Shown one piece after another: positions 9,946-19,098 of a DNA stretch of 64,000 nucleotides. The translations under genes were made by a program, and so were the position numbers. Source of the stretch: Candidatus Xenobia bacterium (GTDB taxonomy: Bacteria > Vulcanimicrobiota > Xenobia > Xenobiales > QWHO01); assembly GCA_045863235.1 (NCBI GenBank), contig BTUM01000032.1:15373-79372 (forward strand), written 5' to 3'. Within the stretch, counting starts at the first letter, position 1. Every line of letters starts with the position of its first letter. The notes beneath the pieces are model-generated. The model was not told where the DNA came from, did not search any database, and worked only from the letters and a program-made list of their open reading frames with translations.

Positions 9946-10200
9946 GTGCCGCCTAAGAAGGAGACACCTAAGAAGGCCGATACCAAGAAACCGGCAGCCA
10001 AGCCCGCCGCTAAGCCAGCAGCGAAGCCGGCCGCCAAGCCCGCAGCCAAGCCCGCAGCGAAACCGGCAGCCAAACCGGCTGCCAAGCCAGCCGCGAAGCC
10101 GGCAGCCAAGCCCGCAGCGAAGCCAGCTGCCAAACCCGCAGCAAAGCCGGCTGCCAAGCCCGCCCCGAAAAAGAAGGGCACTCCTGCGAAGGAGATGTAG
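9946..10200 (+). CDS. Small histone H1-like basic protein with 14 tandem KPAA repeats
   Basis: GGAGG SD, GTG start; repeats are conserved in protein with synonymous codon variation; followed by hairpins. Confidence 0.8.
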   Translation: MPPKKETPKKADTKKPAAKPAAKPAAKPAAKPAAKPAAKPAAKPAAKPAAKPAAKPAAKPAAKPAAKPAAKPAPKKKGTPAKEM

Positions 10201-10226
10201 AAGGTTTCGGTCTCCGAAATCTGCGG

Positions 10227-10268
10227 CTGAGGGAGCAGGGTCAGGGACCCGCTCCCTCAGTTGTTTTT
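10227..10268 (+). terminator. Intrinsic terminator between convergent genes
   Basis: ctgagggagc...gctccctcag stem followed by ttgttttt; a second small hairpin tttcgg-tct-ccgaaa at 10205-10219. Confidence 0.7.
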
Positions 10269-11482
10269 CAAGCCTTGGCCGGGGCTGCCACCGTGGCCCG
10301 GATCAACACCAACGGCGTCATTTCGTCGGCATTGCCCTGAGGGTTGGGCTTGAGTGCTTCCACGACCTCTTGCTGACGGGACCTGTCCGACAGGTGGAGC
10401 ACGTCCACCTTTCCGAGGTCATTGGCATCCACGATGGCGCAATCAAGTCCGGTCTCTCTCTTGATCAACTGGACCAGCTCGTCGCCGCGGGCGGGACCGA
10501 GAACCACGTGTTTATCAAACGGGGGTAGTGTCCCCGTGCAGTCATCGATCACGGCCACTGCGCGACCGGCCACCCGATAGAAGTCCCCATCGCGGCGCCG
10601 GAGTTTTCCCAGCAGCCCGGCCGCAAAGGATAGCAGCATGCGAGTTGTACCCACCTCTTGAAAGGCCATCTCGAGGGCGTAGACCGACGAGAGGGAGGAA
10701 TGCATGCCGAACATCCGGTTGAGTCGACGCGCGAGATAGCGGGGCTTGATGTCCTCGCAGTAAACGATGCGACCCTGCATGATGGCCACAGCCGATTCGG
10801 CCACCGCAACCAGATCGCCCGGGCTGGCAACGCCCTGGGCATATTGTTTGACGATCTCGAGCAGGTCGTCACCAGGCCGCAGAAGTTTGGTCCGCAGCGG
10901 CACCACTCGACTGCTCGGGTCGGAGGAGCCCTTCTTCTTCGGCTCCTGGGCGGGTGTCGGGAGCTCGGGATGCTCATCCACAGTCTTGAAGCGGCTCAGA
11001 TCGAGGAAGAGCTCCTCTCGCCGGTAGATCATCGGCGTTCGACCGTAGTATTTGAAGAAAATGTCCAGGCGCAGCTCAGTCAGCGAATTGAGCACGGTGC
11101 GAATGTCGGGCGCCGTCAACCAGAGCTCCACCCAGACCTTGAGCTGCTCGCCCGGGACGATGGTAGAAGCATCCCAGTAGCCGTCTGAGCGCCACTTCAG
11201 GGGATTGATCAGACGGCAGACTGGCTGCAACTCGCTGAAGTGCTCACCGGCTGGCTGGAGGTTGGCGCTGGCGTCGATCAGCAGAGCCTGTTGCGGTCCA
11301 TTGTTGATGAATGAGAACGAGAAGCGCAAGCAGGCATGCGAGTCATCAGCAATGAGCAGGGTGCGGTCGTCGAGCTGCTCGGCAGCCAGGCGAAGCCGGC
11401 AGTCTCCTCGCGTCTGACAAAAGAACTCGAAACCAGCCCAGCCTGCCAGACCTGCTAAACCGATCGCCCATAGCTTCAACAT
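10268..11482 (-). CDS. Membrane-anchored protein with a C-terminal F420-0:gamma-glutamyl ligase (CofE)-like domain
   Basis: N-terminal hydrophobic anchor, ~200-aa unknown domain, then VAVAESAVAIMQGR, IDDCTGTLPPFD, IVDANDLG, NPQGNADEMTP. Confidence 0.65.
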   Translation of the reverse strand: MLKLWAIGLAGLAGWAGFEFFCQTRGDCRLRLAAEQLDDRTLLIADDSHACLRFSFSFINNGPQQALLIDASANLQPAGEHFSELQPVCRLINPLKWRSDGYWDASTIVPGEQLKVWVELWLTAPDIRTVLNSLTELRLDIFFKYYGRTPMIYRREELFLDLSRFKTVDEHPELPTPAQEPKKKGSSDPSSRVVPLRTKLLRPGDDLLEIVKQYAQGVASPGDLVAVAESAVAIMQGRIVYCEDIKPRYLARRLNRMFGMHSSLSSVYALEMAFQEVGTTRMLLSFAAGLLGKLRRRDGDFYRVAGRAVAVIDDCTGTLPPFDKHVVLGPARGDELVQLIKRETGLDCAIVDANDLGKVDVLHLSDRSRQQEVVEALKPNPQGNADEMTPLVLIRATVAAPAKA

Positions 11483-11582
11483 ATTGCTGCTCCGGAAGGA
11501 AGCCACCCATTGGGGGGCAAAGATCAATGCTGTCGAGGGGTTTTCGGGTCGTCTCCCCATATCCTTCTGGAATCGAGCAGGG

Positions 11583-13193
11583 ATGGTTCGTCTTTACGGA
11601 AGCTATAACGGGCGTTACTTCATCGCTCAGTTCCCTGGCGAGGTGCGCATCCACCGCGGCAGCGCCTTCCAGTGGACCCGTCCTGTGGCCAACGTTCGCG
11701 AAACGCTGGCAGTCGGGAACAATGGGGAGGTGTTCTTTCGCACCGAGTCCGGGGTTTTCGTACGCCTGCCCTATGATCGAAATGCACAGCTCACCAAGGT
11801 GGAGTTGTTCCGGGCTCGCCCGGAAGAGAATGTGCGGCTCGGGAAGCTGCGCATCAATGCTGATGGGCGCGAGTTCTGCTATGAGAAGATTCAGCCTGAG
11901 AAGCGCCTCAGCGAGAAGATCTTTCGCCTGTTGGGCAAGAAGGACAGCGATGGCGGGGGAGCCAGCAGCCACTCGCTGAACCTGCTCAACCCCCGCTCGA
12001 GCGAGGCTTTGAGTTTCTTCTCGGCCACCCTGACCCCCGGCAAGGACGATCGCTTTCTGTGGGAGGTCTCGCCCTATTTCATTTACCTGGTTGTAGCCCA
12101 GACCGAGAAAAAGGGACTGGTCTTCCAGGTCATCAACATCCCCGATAAGGCGGTCACGGCCGAGTTCGAGATGGGGGTCCAGAACGTAACCCGCATCTTT
12201 GTCAACGATCAGGGCACCGTCATGCTCGAAGTCAAGCAAGAGAATGCCGTGACGCTGGTCATCGTGAGCGCCAATGGAAAGTTCCTTCTCGAGCCCCCCC
12301 CCAACTATCGGGTTCTCCATCTCGGACCAGACTGGGTGGCCTTTCAGACGATGGTGGACCCGCACATCATCGTCCGGCGTTTCGACAAGTCCCCGGTGGT
12401 CACGGCCGACCTGCGCCCGCTGGCCAAACTCGGGGTCGAGTATCGGTTCCTGGTGAACGATCGGGGAGATCTCGACCTGGTGACCTTCGCCGAGGACGTC
12501 ATGACCGTCCACAACACCGACTTTCGCAATCTGGAAACGGATGCCAAGCGGTGGGAGCTGCTCGCTCGTCAGGCTGCCGCTCAGGAAGAGGGCAAGGTGG
12601 CCCGCAAGGCTATCGAGGAGCACCAGGAGAGGGTCGAGCGAATGGCCCGCGAGGAAAAGCAGCGCGAAATGATGACCGACATCCGGGCCTCGGCGCCGGT
12701 GGCCAGCCTGCCCCTCGAGTTGGAGCCATCCAGCGAATGGCCGCCACGTCTCGAGCTCGGCCTCGAGTTGGAAGACCCTGCCCCGCGCGGCGCAGCCCGT
12801 GGCCCTGAGCCAGCCAGCATTCCCCTGCCCCTGGACCTGCCCGAGGAGACGCCCGCCCAGCTCAAGCTGCAGCCCCAGTCCCCCCCGGCCTCCCAGGCCC
12901 CCGCCATGTCCTCCGACGACATTGCCCGCGAGCTCGAGAAGCTCCAGATGCAGTACATCGCCGGAGAGATCGGGCGCGAAGAGTACTATCGGCGCAAGAA
13001 TGAGCTCGAGTCAGCCCGCAAGAATGTGGCTGCTCGTCCGGCCGCTGCCCCCAAGATGCTCGAGATCGAGCACATCGAGAAGCTCGACGTTCCCAGGTCG
13101 GAGCCTTCGGCCGCGCCTCCCACACTCGGCAAAGGCCCGCGTTTGGAGCTCGGACGTTCACTGCGCCCCCCTCCCGGGGAAGATTCTCGCTGA
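11583..13193 (+). CDS. Hypothetical protein: beta-rich N-terminal region, coiled coil, Pro-rich linker, SHOCT-like helix pair
   Basis: Long ORF with typical codon bias; ELEKLQMQYIAGEIGREEYYRRK resembles SHOCT. Confidence 0.6.
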   Translation: MVRLYGSYNGRYFIAQFPGEVRIHRGSAFQWTRPVANVRETLAVGNNGEVFFRTESGVFVRLPYDRNAQLTKVELFRARPEENVRLGKLRINADGREFCYEKIQPEKRLSEKIFRLLGKKDSDGGGASSHSLNLLNPRSSEALSFFSATLTPGKDDRFLWEVSPYFIYLVVAQTEKKGLVFQVINIPDKAVTAEFEMGVQNVTRIFVNDQGTVMLEVKQENAVTLVIVSANGKFLLEPPPNYRVLHLGPDWVAFQTMVDPHIIVRRFDKSPVVTADLRPLAKLGVEYRFLVNDRGDLDLVTFAEDVMTVHNTDFRNLETDAKRWELLARQAAAQEEGKVARKAIEEHQERVERMAREEKQREMMTDIRASAPVASLPLELEPSSEWPPRLELGLELEDPAPRGAARGPEPASIPLPLDLPEETPAQLKLQPQSPPASQAPAMSSDDIARELEKLQMQYIAGEIGREEYYRRKNELESARKNVAARPAAAPKMLEIEHIEKLDVPRSEPSAAPPTLGKGPRLELGRSLRPPPGEDSR

Positions 13194-13196
13194 CAG

Positions 13197-14051
13197 GTGG
13201 CTCTCGAGAGCCCGACCGGTAACCCGCCCCTGCAGCGGCCCGGGTTGAGGCTTGCTCCCTCGAGCCGTCCGACAACCTCCGACCCCGGGGCCTGGCTCTG
13301 GCTCCTCTCCTGGCTCCTCCTGGCCGGCCTGGGGCCGGTCTTGCCCGGTCCTCTGCTGGAAGCCGCCCGCTTGCTCTGGGTGCTGCTGTTCTCGCTGGTC
13401 CTGCACGACCTGGGTCACGCTCTGGCAGCCGACCGGGCCGGAGATCCCACCGCTCGTATGCAGGGCCGGCTGCGACTCAGTCCCCTGGCCCACTTCGACC
13501 GCCTGGGCTCCTTTTGGCTGCCCTTGCTTTCGACAGTTCTCTCGTCGGCTCAGCTGGTGGTCGGCTGGGCTCGTCCCATTCCGGTGCGATATGAGTCTCT
13601 GCGCGACCCTCGTCAGGACGCACTCAGGGTCGCTGCCTGCGGGCCGCTGGTGAGTCTGGGACTGGCTTATCTCTGTCTGGTCGGCCTGGCCGCGCTCACA
13701 CTGGTGCTGGGCATCCGGATGGAGCTGAATCCCCCGGGAGGCGTCTGGACGGCGTCCGTGCTGGCCCCGAGCCTGGTCGGCTGGGAAGCCGTGGCCTCCA
13801 CCCTGCGCTTTGGTCTGGCGGTCAATCTCGTGCTGCTGGTGGTCAACTGCCTGCCCTTTCTGCCCTTTGACGGAGGGTGGATCCTGAGGCTGATCACCCC
13901 CCGGCCGACCCGGTCGGTGATCGAGCGCTTGCAGGCGGTCTTGTTGCTCCTGGCGGTGGTCCTGACCCTGTTGGGGCGGGGTGGCTTTCTGCTCACCCCG
14001 CTGGGCGGACTCTGGAATCTCAGTCTGAGAACGCTCGAGGCTCTGCCTTGA
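13197..14051 (+). CDS. Site-2 protease (M50) family protein with HDxxH in place of HExxH
   Basis: LHDLGHALAA..AGDPT, GWARPIPV, VAACGP, NCLPFLPFDGG. Confidence 0.8.
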   Translation: MALESPTGNPPLQRPGLRLAPSSRPTTSDPGAWLWLLSWLLLAGLGPVLPGPLLEAARLLWVLLFSLVLHDLGHALAADRAGDPTARMQGRLRLSPLAHFDRLGSFWLPLLSTVLSSAQLVVGWARPIPVRYESLRDPRQDALRVAACGPLVSLGLAYLCLVGLAALTLVLGIRMELNPPGGVWTASVLAPSLVGWEAVASTLRFGLAVNLVLLVVNCLPFLPFDGGWILRLITPRPTRSVIERLQAVLLLLAVVLTLLGRGGFLLTPLGGLWNLSLRTLEALP

Positions 14052-15247
14052 AGCGCCTCTGCTGCGGCGACTGTGGTGCCTGGTATGGAATCGATCTGGC
14101 CTTCTGTCCCGAGTGCGGGACGCTGGGGGAGGGCCAACTGCCCGCTCGCCAGGAGGGGGCACTCCTGCAGAGCTCGGTCTCGACCTGGGCTCACTCCCTG
14201 CGCCGCGGGGTCGCCTGGGTCAACCTGGGGCCGCTGGCCTTTCTCAGCGCGACCGTGGACAGCGCCGTCTGCCTGGCCACCCGGCAACCGCCCTGGTCGG
14301 TGGCCTGGCTGAGTCCGCGGATCTCCTTCTCCAGGCTCCTGCCGGTGCAGATTTTCGGGCTCGACCTGGCTCGATTGGCGAGAGAGACCGCCTGGCTCGA
14401 GCAGGAGGGGTTCCTGCCCGCGTCCGACTTCGTGGTGCCCGAGGAGGGTGCCCCCTGCTTCTACCGCCTGCTGGCCCGCCCGGGGGAGTGTACCTGGGCG
14501 CTCTTGACCGTGCCCCCACCCTCCTCGCCGGAAGCTCAGGATTGGGGCTGGAGCTTCCACAGCCTGCTGACCGGCAACCGCTCCCTGGCCAGTCACCCGG
14601 TGGAGCCGGTGGGGGAGGTGCCCGGACTCGAGGTGCTGGCCGTGCCAGGGTCCTGGCGCGACCGACTGGTTGTCCACCGTCAGGCTCTGCTGGCTCGAGG
14701 TCAGGCCCGACCTGTCGGTGACCTCCCCCGAGTGGGCTGGTTCTATCGGCACTATCAGCTCCTCACGGCCGGTCGAATCGCCTCGGGAATGGCCCGGGGG
14801 AGGCTGGTGCAGGCCCGGGGGGACAGCTATCGCCCTCACTGCCTCCAGCATCCCTGGGCGCCTGCCGTGGCCGAGTGCCATTTCTGTCGCTTGCCTCTGT
14901 GTGATACCTGTGGCGTCAGAGAGGAATCCGTGGTCGGATGTGGCCTGTGTGCAACGCTCAAGCTCGAGGGCCCGGTCTCGAGGCCAGCCGGCCCAACGGT
15001 GGCCCGCCGAACCACCGGAGCAGCCCTGGATGCGCTTCTGGCCGGGTTGGTGTGCTTGCTGGCAGGGAATCTGACCCTGGCCGTGCTGCTGTTTCCCCTG
15101 GCCATGCTGCTGGTTACCTTGCTGGGCAGTCCCGGTCGTCGCCTGGTGGGCCTGCGCCTGCAGGGTGAACCCGACTTTCTCCAGCTCTGGCTGCTGGCCT
15201 GGACCTGTTCTGAGCCTCTCAGCGGCTGCGAAGCTCGAGATAGCTGA
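14048..15247 (+). CDS. Zinc ribbon + B-box-like zinc finger + RDD-like membrane tail protein
   Basis: CGDC..CPEC at the N-terminus; CLQH...CHFC...CDTC...CGLC; RRTTGAALD...PGRRLVGLRL; TTG overlaps the upstream stop. Confidence 0.55.
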   Translation: MKRLCCGDCGAWYGIDLAFCPECGTLGEGQLPARQEGALLQSSVSTWAHSLRRGVAWVNLGPLAFLSATVDSAVCLATRQPPWSVAWLSPRISFSRLLPVQIFGLDLARLARETAWLEQEGFLPASDFVVPEEGAPCFYRLLARPGECTWALLTVPPPSSPEAQDWGWSFHSLLTGNRSLASHPVEPVGEVPGLEVLAVPGSWRDRLVVHRQALLARGQARPVGDLPRVGWFYRHYQLLTAGRIASGMARGRLVQARGDSYRPHCLQHPWAPAVAECHFCRLPLCDTCGVREESVVGCGLCATLKLEGPVSRPAGPTVARRTTGAALDALLAGLVCLLAGNLTLAVLLFPLAMLLVTLLGSPGRRLVGLRLQGEPDFLQLWLLAWTCSEPLSGCEARDS

Positions 15248-15617
15248 GCAGCTCGACCTCCTGGGCAGGGGTTGGCTGGAAGTCGATCTGGCCCGAGTGC
15301 CCGCGCCCTCCCTCGTGAGTCCAGCGCACCGTTCCGTGCAGGCGCAGAGGGCAATCGGGCCGCAGCAAGATGAGCATGGTCAGCTCTTCGCCTGCAGTCA
15401 AACAGGTCGCGCTCTTGAAAAGCAGGCAGCGGGTGTTCATCTCCTGGGTGAACAGTTTGATCTCCCCGCCAGCCGGTCGCGGTACGTGAACCTGCAGCAT
15501 TCGACTGAGCGAGTACATTTTCTCGGGAGTGGCCGCAGGCGCATCAGCCTTCTTGGGCGCCGATCCGAACCCCAGCCAGGTTGCCGTCCAACGGGCGATG
15601 TGGGTCATCGAAGTCAT
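15219..15617 (-). CDS. PilZ-like beta-barrel protein
   Basis: LRLHGTVRWT...GQIDF pattern; no clear RxxxR motif. Confidence 0.45.
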   Translation of the reverse strand: MTSMTHIARWTATWLGFGSAPKKADAPAATPEKMYSLSRMLQVHVPRPAGGEIKLFTQEMNTRCLLFKSATCLTAGEELTMLILLRPDCPLRLHGTVRWTHEGGRGHSGQIDFQPTPAQEVELLSYLELRSR

Positions 15618-15688
15618 CCTTTCCAGTCGTCTACCGGATCAGACCGGCGGGGTAGGGGAACGTTACTCGGGACAGAACCTGATCCAGG

Positions 15689-16261
15689 ATGCAACTCCTG
15701 GCAATGCTTCTGCTCCTGGTTCTGGCCTGCTCTCCCGCACCCGCGCCTTCTCTGTCCACGACCTTCACGTATGACGATGGCCAGGGGCAGCAGGTTCAAT
15801 TGCTGGGAAAGGAGGTAAAAGTGACCTCCCCTCACTTTGAGCCCCTCCAGTACAGCCTGCTCTCCGACAACCCGGCCCAGCGCGTGGCCGAGTTCGAACC
15901 GCGCATCGCGCAGGGTCAGAAGGCCGCGAGCGGTGCGCGCATCGGGGCCGGGCCGAACCAGGTGGCGGCCGACTCGGTGCCGGAGGCCCGAGTGGTGCTC
16001 GAGCAACTCTTGCCGGTGGCTGATGGGATCGGCCCCGACTCGGCCTGGGTGGGGGGACGACTCGGGCGCCAGAGCGCCGAGACCGGTTTTTGGACCCTGA
16101 CGGCGGCAGGTACCGTCTATGTGTTGAGCGACAACCCCCCGGCTGCCATGAAGGCGGGCGACCAGGTGGTGGTGACCGGTCAGGTGGATACCGACCAGAT
16201 GAGCGCGGCCAACGCCGGGCCGGTCTACAAAGCCAGCCAGTGGAGGGTCTGGAAACCCTGA
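15689..16261 (+). CDS. Putative lipoprotein
   Basis: Hydrophobic N-terminus with lipobox VLAC. Confidence 0.6.
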   Translation: MQLLAMLLLLVLACSPAPAPSLSTTFTYDDGQGQQVQLLGKEVKVTSPHFEPLQYSLLSDNPAQRVAEFEPRIAQGQKAASGARIGAGPNQVAADSVPEARVVLEQLLPVADGIGPDSAWVGGRLGRQSAETGFWTLTAAGTVYVLSDNPPAAMKAGDQVVVTGQVDTDQMSAANAGPVYKASQWRVWKP

Positions 16262-17022
16262 ATCGCACGCGCCTCGAGTTGCCGGGGGGCAATTACCTGG
16301 AGGTGGCCCAGGCCGGCTCGGGGCCCAGCTTGCTCTTTCTGCATGGTGGAGCCGGCTCGATCTCCAACTGGCGATACCAGATGGCCGCCTTCCAGGCCGA
16401 CTACCACGTTGTGGCGCTGAATCTGCGTGGACATGGAGGCTCTCCCTGGCCCGGTCCCTCCCACGTGGACGACTTCTTCAGCGACGTCCTCTACGCCCTG
16501 GACACTCTCCCCATGAGCCCGCGGTTAGCTCTCATGGGGCACTCCTTCGGAGGCTACCTGGCCACCCGGTTGGCGGTGACGCGCCCTGAGCGCGTCGCCG
16601 CCCTGGGCCTTTTCAACACGTGCGGTCACCTGCCCAACACGCCCGCGTCCCGGTTCCTGCAGCTCTTTTCGCGACGCTCGGATCTGCTGCGCTACTTCTG
16701 GCCAGGGCGAGTCAACGCCGGTCCCCAGGTCACCTTCGAGCTGATGCATCGCACTTTGAAGGAGTGGCAAGCCTGGACGCTTTACAGCCAGCTCACCATG
16801 CCGGTGCTGGTCGCCCTGGGAGGGTGCGATCTCTTGATCCCCCTCAAGCTGGGGCGGCGCATGGCCGGAGCCATCCCCCGCTGCCGGCTGGAGATCGTGG
16901 CCACGGCTGGGCACGTGCTCCCTATCGAGCGACCCGGGTTGGTCAACTCCTGGATCCGGGCCCTGCTGGCCGAGGCCTTCAGACCAGAGCCGGCTTGCGT
17001 CCCGCCAGGTTCTCCGGGTTGA
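16240..17022 (+). CDS. Alpha/beta hydrolase
   Basis: FLHGGAG, NLRGHGGS, GHSFGG nucleophile elbow, AGH; start uncertain. Confidence 0.85.
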   Translation: MEGLETLNRTRLELPGGNYLEVAQAGSGPSLLFLHGGAGSISNWRYQMAAFQADYHVVALNLRGHGGSPWPGPSHVDDFFSDVLYALDTLPMSPRLALMGHSFGGYLATRLAVTRPERVAALGLFNTCGHLPNTPASRFLQLFSRRSDLLRYFWPGRVNAGPQVTFELMHRTLKEWQAWTLYSQLTMPVLVALGGCDLLIPLKLGRRMAGAIPRCRLEIVATAGHVLPIERPGLVNSWIRALLAEAFRPEPACVPPGSPG

Positions 17023-18118
17023 GCCCGGTGAGCGCGTCCACGACGAAGCGGCCATCCTTGCGCACCAGCACGTCGTCGAACCAGAGCTCGCCGCCCTCTT
17101 CCTGACGCAGCACCAGATCCCAATGGACGTTGGAGCGGTTGTGATTCTGGGTCTCCTCGTAGCACTCTCCCAGAGCCAGGTGCAGGCTGCCCCGAATTTT
17201 CTCGTCAAAGAGGATGTCGCGCATCGGCTTTTCGATGAACGGGTTGAAGGCCACCGCAAACTCCCCAAAGTAACGGGCCCCCTCATCGGAGTTGAGAACC
17301 GCTTCCAGCGCCGCGTCGTTGGAGCACGATGACTTCACCACGCGACCCTTCTCGAAAGTCAGCCGAATGTCGTCGAAAGCCGTGCCCCGGTAGATGGTGC
17401 CGGAATTGAAGTGGATGTGTCCCTCCACGGAATCGCGCACGGGTGCAGTAAAGCACTCGCCGTCGGGGACATTGTGCGTACCGGTGCAGGGAACCACCCC
17501 CACGCCCTTGATCGAGAAGCGAAGGTCGGTATCGGGGCCCACGATGCGCACCTTGTCGGTTTTCGCCATCAGCTCCTGGAGCGGCTTGACGGCCTTCTCC
17601 ATGGCTTCGTAGTCTGCCAGGCAGACCTTGAAGTAGAAGTCTTCGAAAGCCTGGCTGGACATACCGGCCAGCTGGGCCATGGAGGCGTTCGGCCAGCGCA
17701 GCACCACCCAGCGAGTGTGCTTGACTCGTTGCTCGAGGTGGACCGGCTTCATCCATTCCTTCTCGTAGATGCCCATGTGCTCGGAGGGTACGTCGGACAT
17801 CTCGGTGATGTTGTGGGCCCCACGAAGCCCGATGAAGGCCTGCATCTTCTGCATGCGGTTCAGCTCGAGCTGACCCATCAGCTGCATGCGCTGGCGCACT
17901 TGCTCGGCCGTACCGGCCCGGAGGAGAGCCCGCTGAATGGTGTGATCCTTCAGCTCCACGATGCTCACCGCCCCCCGCTCGGTGGCCTCCTCGACCAGGG
18001 CGGTCAGCATCTCGGGAGGCACGTGGGTGGCCTCGATCAACACGTTGTCCCCCTTCTCGAGGCGGGTGGAGTGGGAAACGAGCAGTCGGGCGAGCTCACG
18101 GTAACGAGGATCGGGCAT
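16979..18118 (-). CDS. M29 (AmpS/aminopeptidase T-like) metalloaminopeptidase
   Basis: NVPDGECFTAP, GEFA, LFDEKI..HLALG, NRSNVHWD. Confidence 0.9.
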   Translation of the reverse strand: MPDPRYRELARLLVSHSTRLEKGDNVLIEATHVPPEMLTALVEEATERGAVSIVELKDHTIQRALLRAGTAEQVRQRMQLMGQLELNRMQKMQAFIGLRGAHNITEMSDVPSEHMGIYEKEWMKPVHLEQRVKHTRWVVLRWPNASMAQLAGMSSQAFEDFYFKVCLADYEAMEKAVKPLQELMAKTDKVRIVGPDTDLRFSIKGVGVVPCTGTHNVPDGECFTAPVRDSVEGHIHFNSGTIYRGTAFDDIRLTFEKGRVVKSSCSNDAALEAVLNSDEGARYFGEFAVAFNPFIEKPMRDILFDEKIRGSLHLALGECYEETQNHNRSNVHWDLVLRQEEGGELWFDDVLVRKDGRFVVDALTGLNPENLAGRKPALV

Positions 18119-18273
18119 GTCGGAAGACCTCCAGTGCAGGGTGAGCGGTGTTTATCGAAAGGGCAAGAGGGATCCTGCCTTCGACACGAGCGGGGCTTCC
18201 GGTGCGCGACGCCGGTTTGCGGCCGGGTGACTCGGGCAAGGGGTTTCGGGCTGCGCTCCTAGAACTGCCGCCC

Positions 18274-19065
18274 ATGAGCACCCTGCTGGCTGCCCTGCCG
18301 GCTCCTCAGCGGCTTCACCAGAAAGCCCGTCGTGAGCGTGCGCCGGGCTATCCCGAGCGCTTCCCCGTGCCTGACGACCGGGTGAGCTGGGGAGTGGCCT
18401 TTCCCGAGTATCACCCGCCCGTCTTCACCGACCCGCGCCTGCTCGCTCAGCCCTGGGCCGATCCCGAGTGGAGTCCTTCCCTGGATCGGTTCGCCAGCCT
18501 GGAAGGCGAGTTGGCCCGGGACGGGCAGGGCCGCCCCCTCAACCCGTGGGGGCGCACCGGGCTGGCCGGCCGGGGGCGCCTGGGTCGACATGGGGCCAAT
18601 TTCTCCGCCGATCCCATCTTGACCCGGGTGCGGGAAGGGATCCTGGAAACTGTCTTGATCCAGCGGCGCGACTGCGGTCAGTGGGCCATTCCTGGAGGAA
18701 TGGTGGACCAGGGGGAGGACTTTCGCGCGGCCGCCCGCCGTGAGTTACTGGAGGAGACCGGTCTGGACTTTGATTTCGGGCCGGCCGGCTCAGTCGCCCG
18801 GGGCTATGTGGACGATCCGCGCAATACCGACCACGCCTGGATGGAGTCGGAAGCCTTCCACCTTCACTTGAGCCAGGGTGGGGTGGAGCCAGTGGGCGGC
18901 GACGATGCTCGCGAAGCAGCCTGGGTGCGGGTCGATCGAGGTCTGATGGATCGGCTCTACGCCAGCCACTGGGTCAGTCTTGCCCGGGCGATCGCGAATC
19001 TGGAACGCCTGCTGGTGGCTGAGGTCGCGGTGGATGGGACAGTGACTCAAAGGCCATCGCTCTAG
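18274..19065 (+). CDS. NUDT9-like ADP-ribose pyrophosphatase (Nudix)
   Basis: PLNPWGRTGLAGRG, WAIPGGMVD..E...AARRELLEETG, GYVDDPRNTDHAWME, GDDA, LYASH. Confidence 0.85.
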   Translation: MSTLLAALPAPQRLHQKARRERAPGYPERFPVPDDRVSWGVAFPEYHPPVFTDPRLLAQPWADPEWSPSLDRFASLEGELARDGQGRPLNPWGRTGLAGRGRLGRHGANFSADPILTRVREGILETVLIQRRDCGQWAIPGGMVDQGEDFRAAARRELLEETGLDFDFGPAGSVARGYVDDPRNTDHAWMESEAFHLHLSQGGVEPVGGDDAREAAWVRVDRGLMDRLYASHWVSLARAIANLERLLVAEVAVDGTVTQRPSL

Positions 19066-19098
19066 GCCCGCCCCTGTGGCGGTGTTGACCGCCCGAAC

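Noticed and set aside
9985..10165. 12-nt tandem repeats as a possible CRISPR array or VNTR
   Set aside because: No spacers, and the variation is synonymous; it is a coding KPAA repeat.
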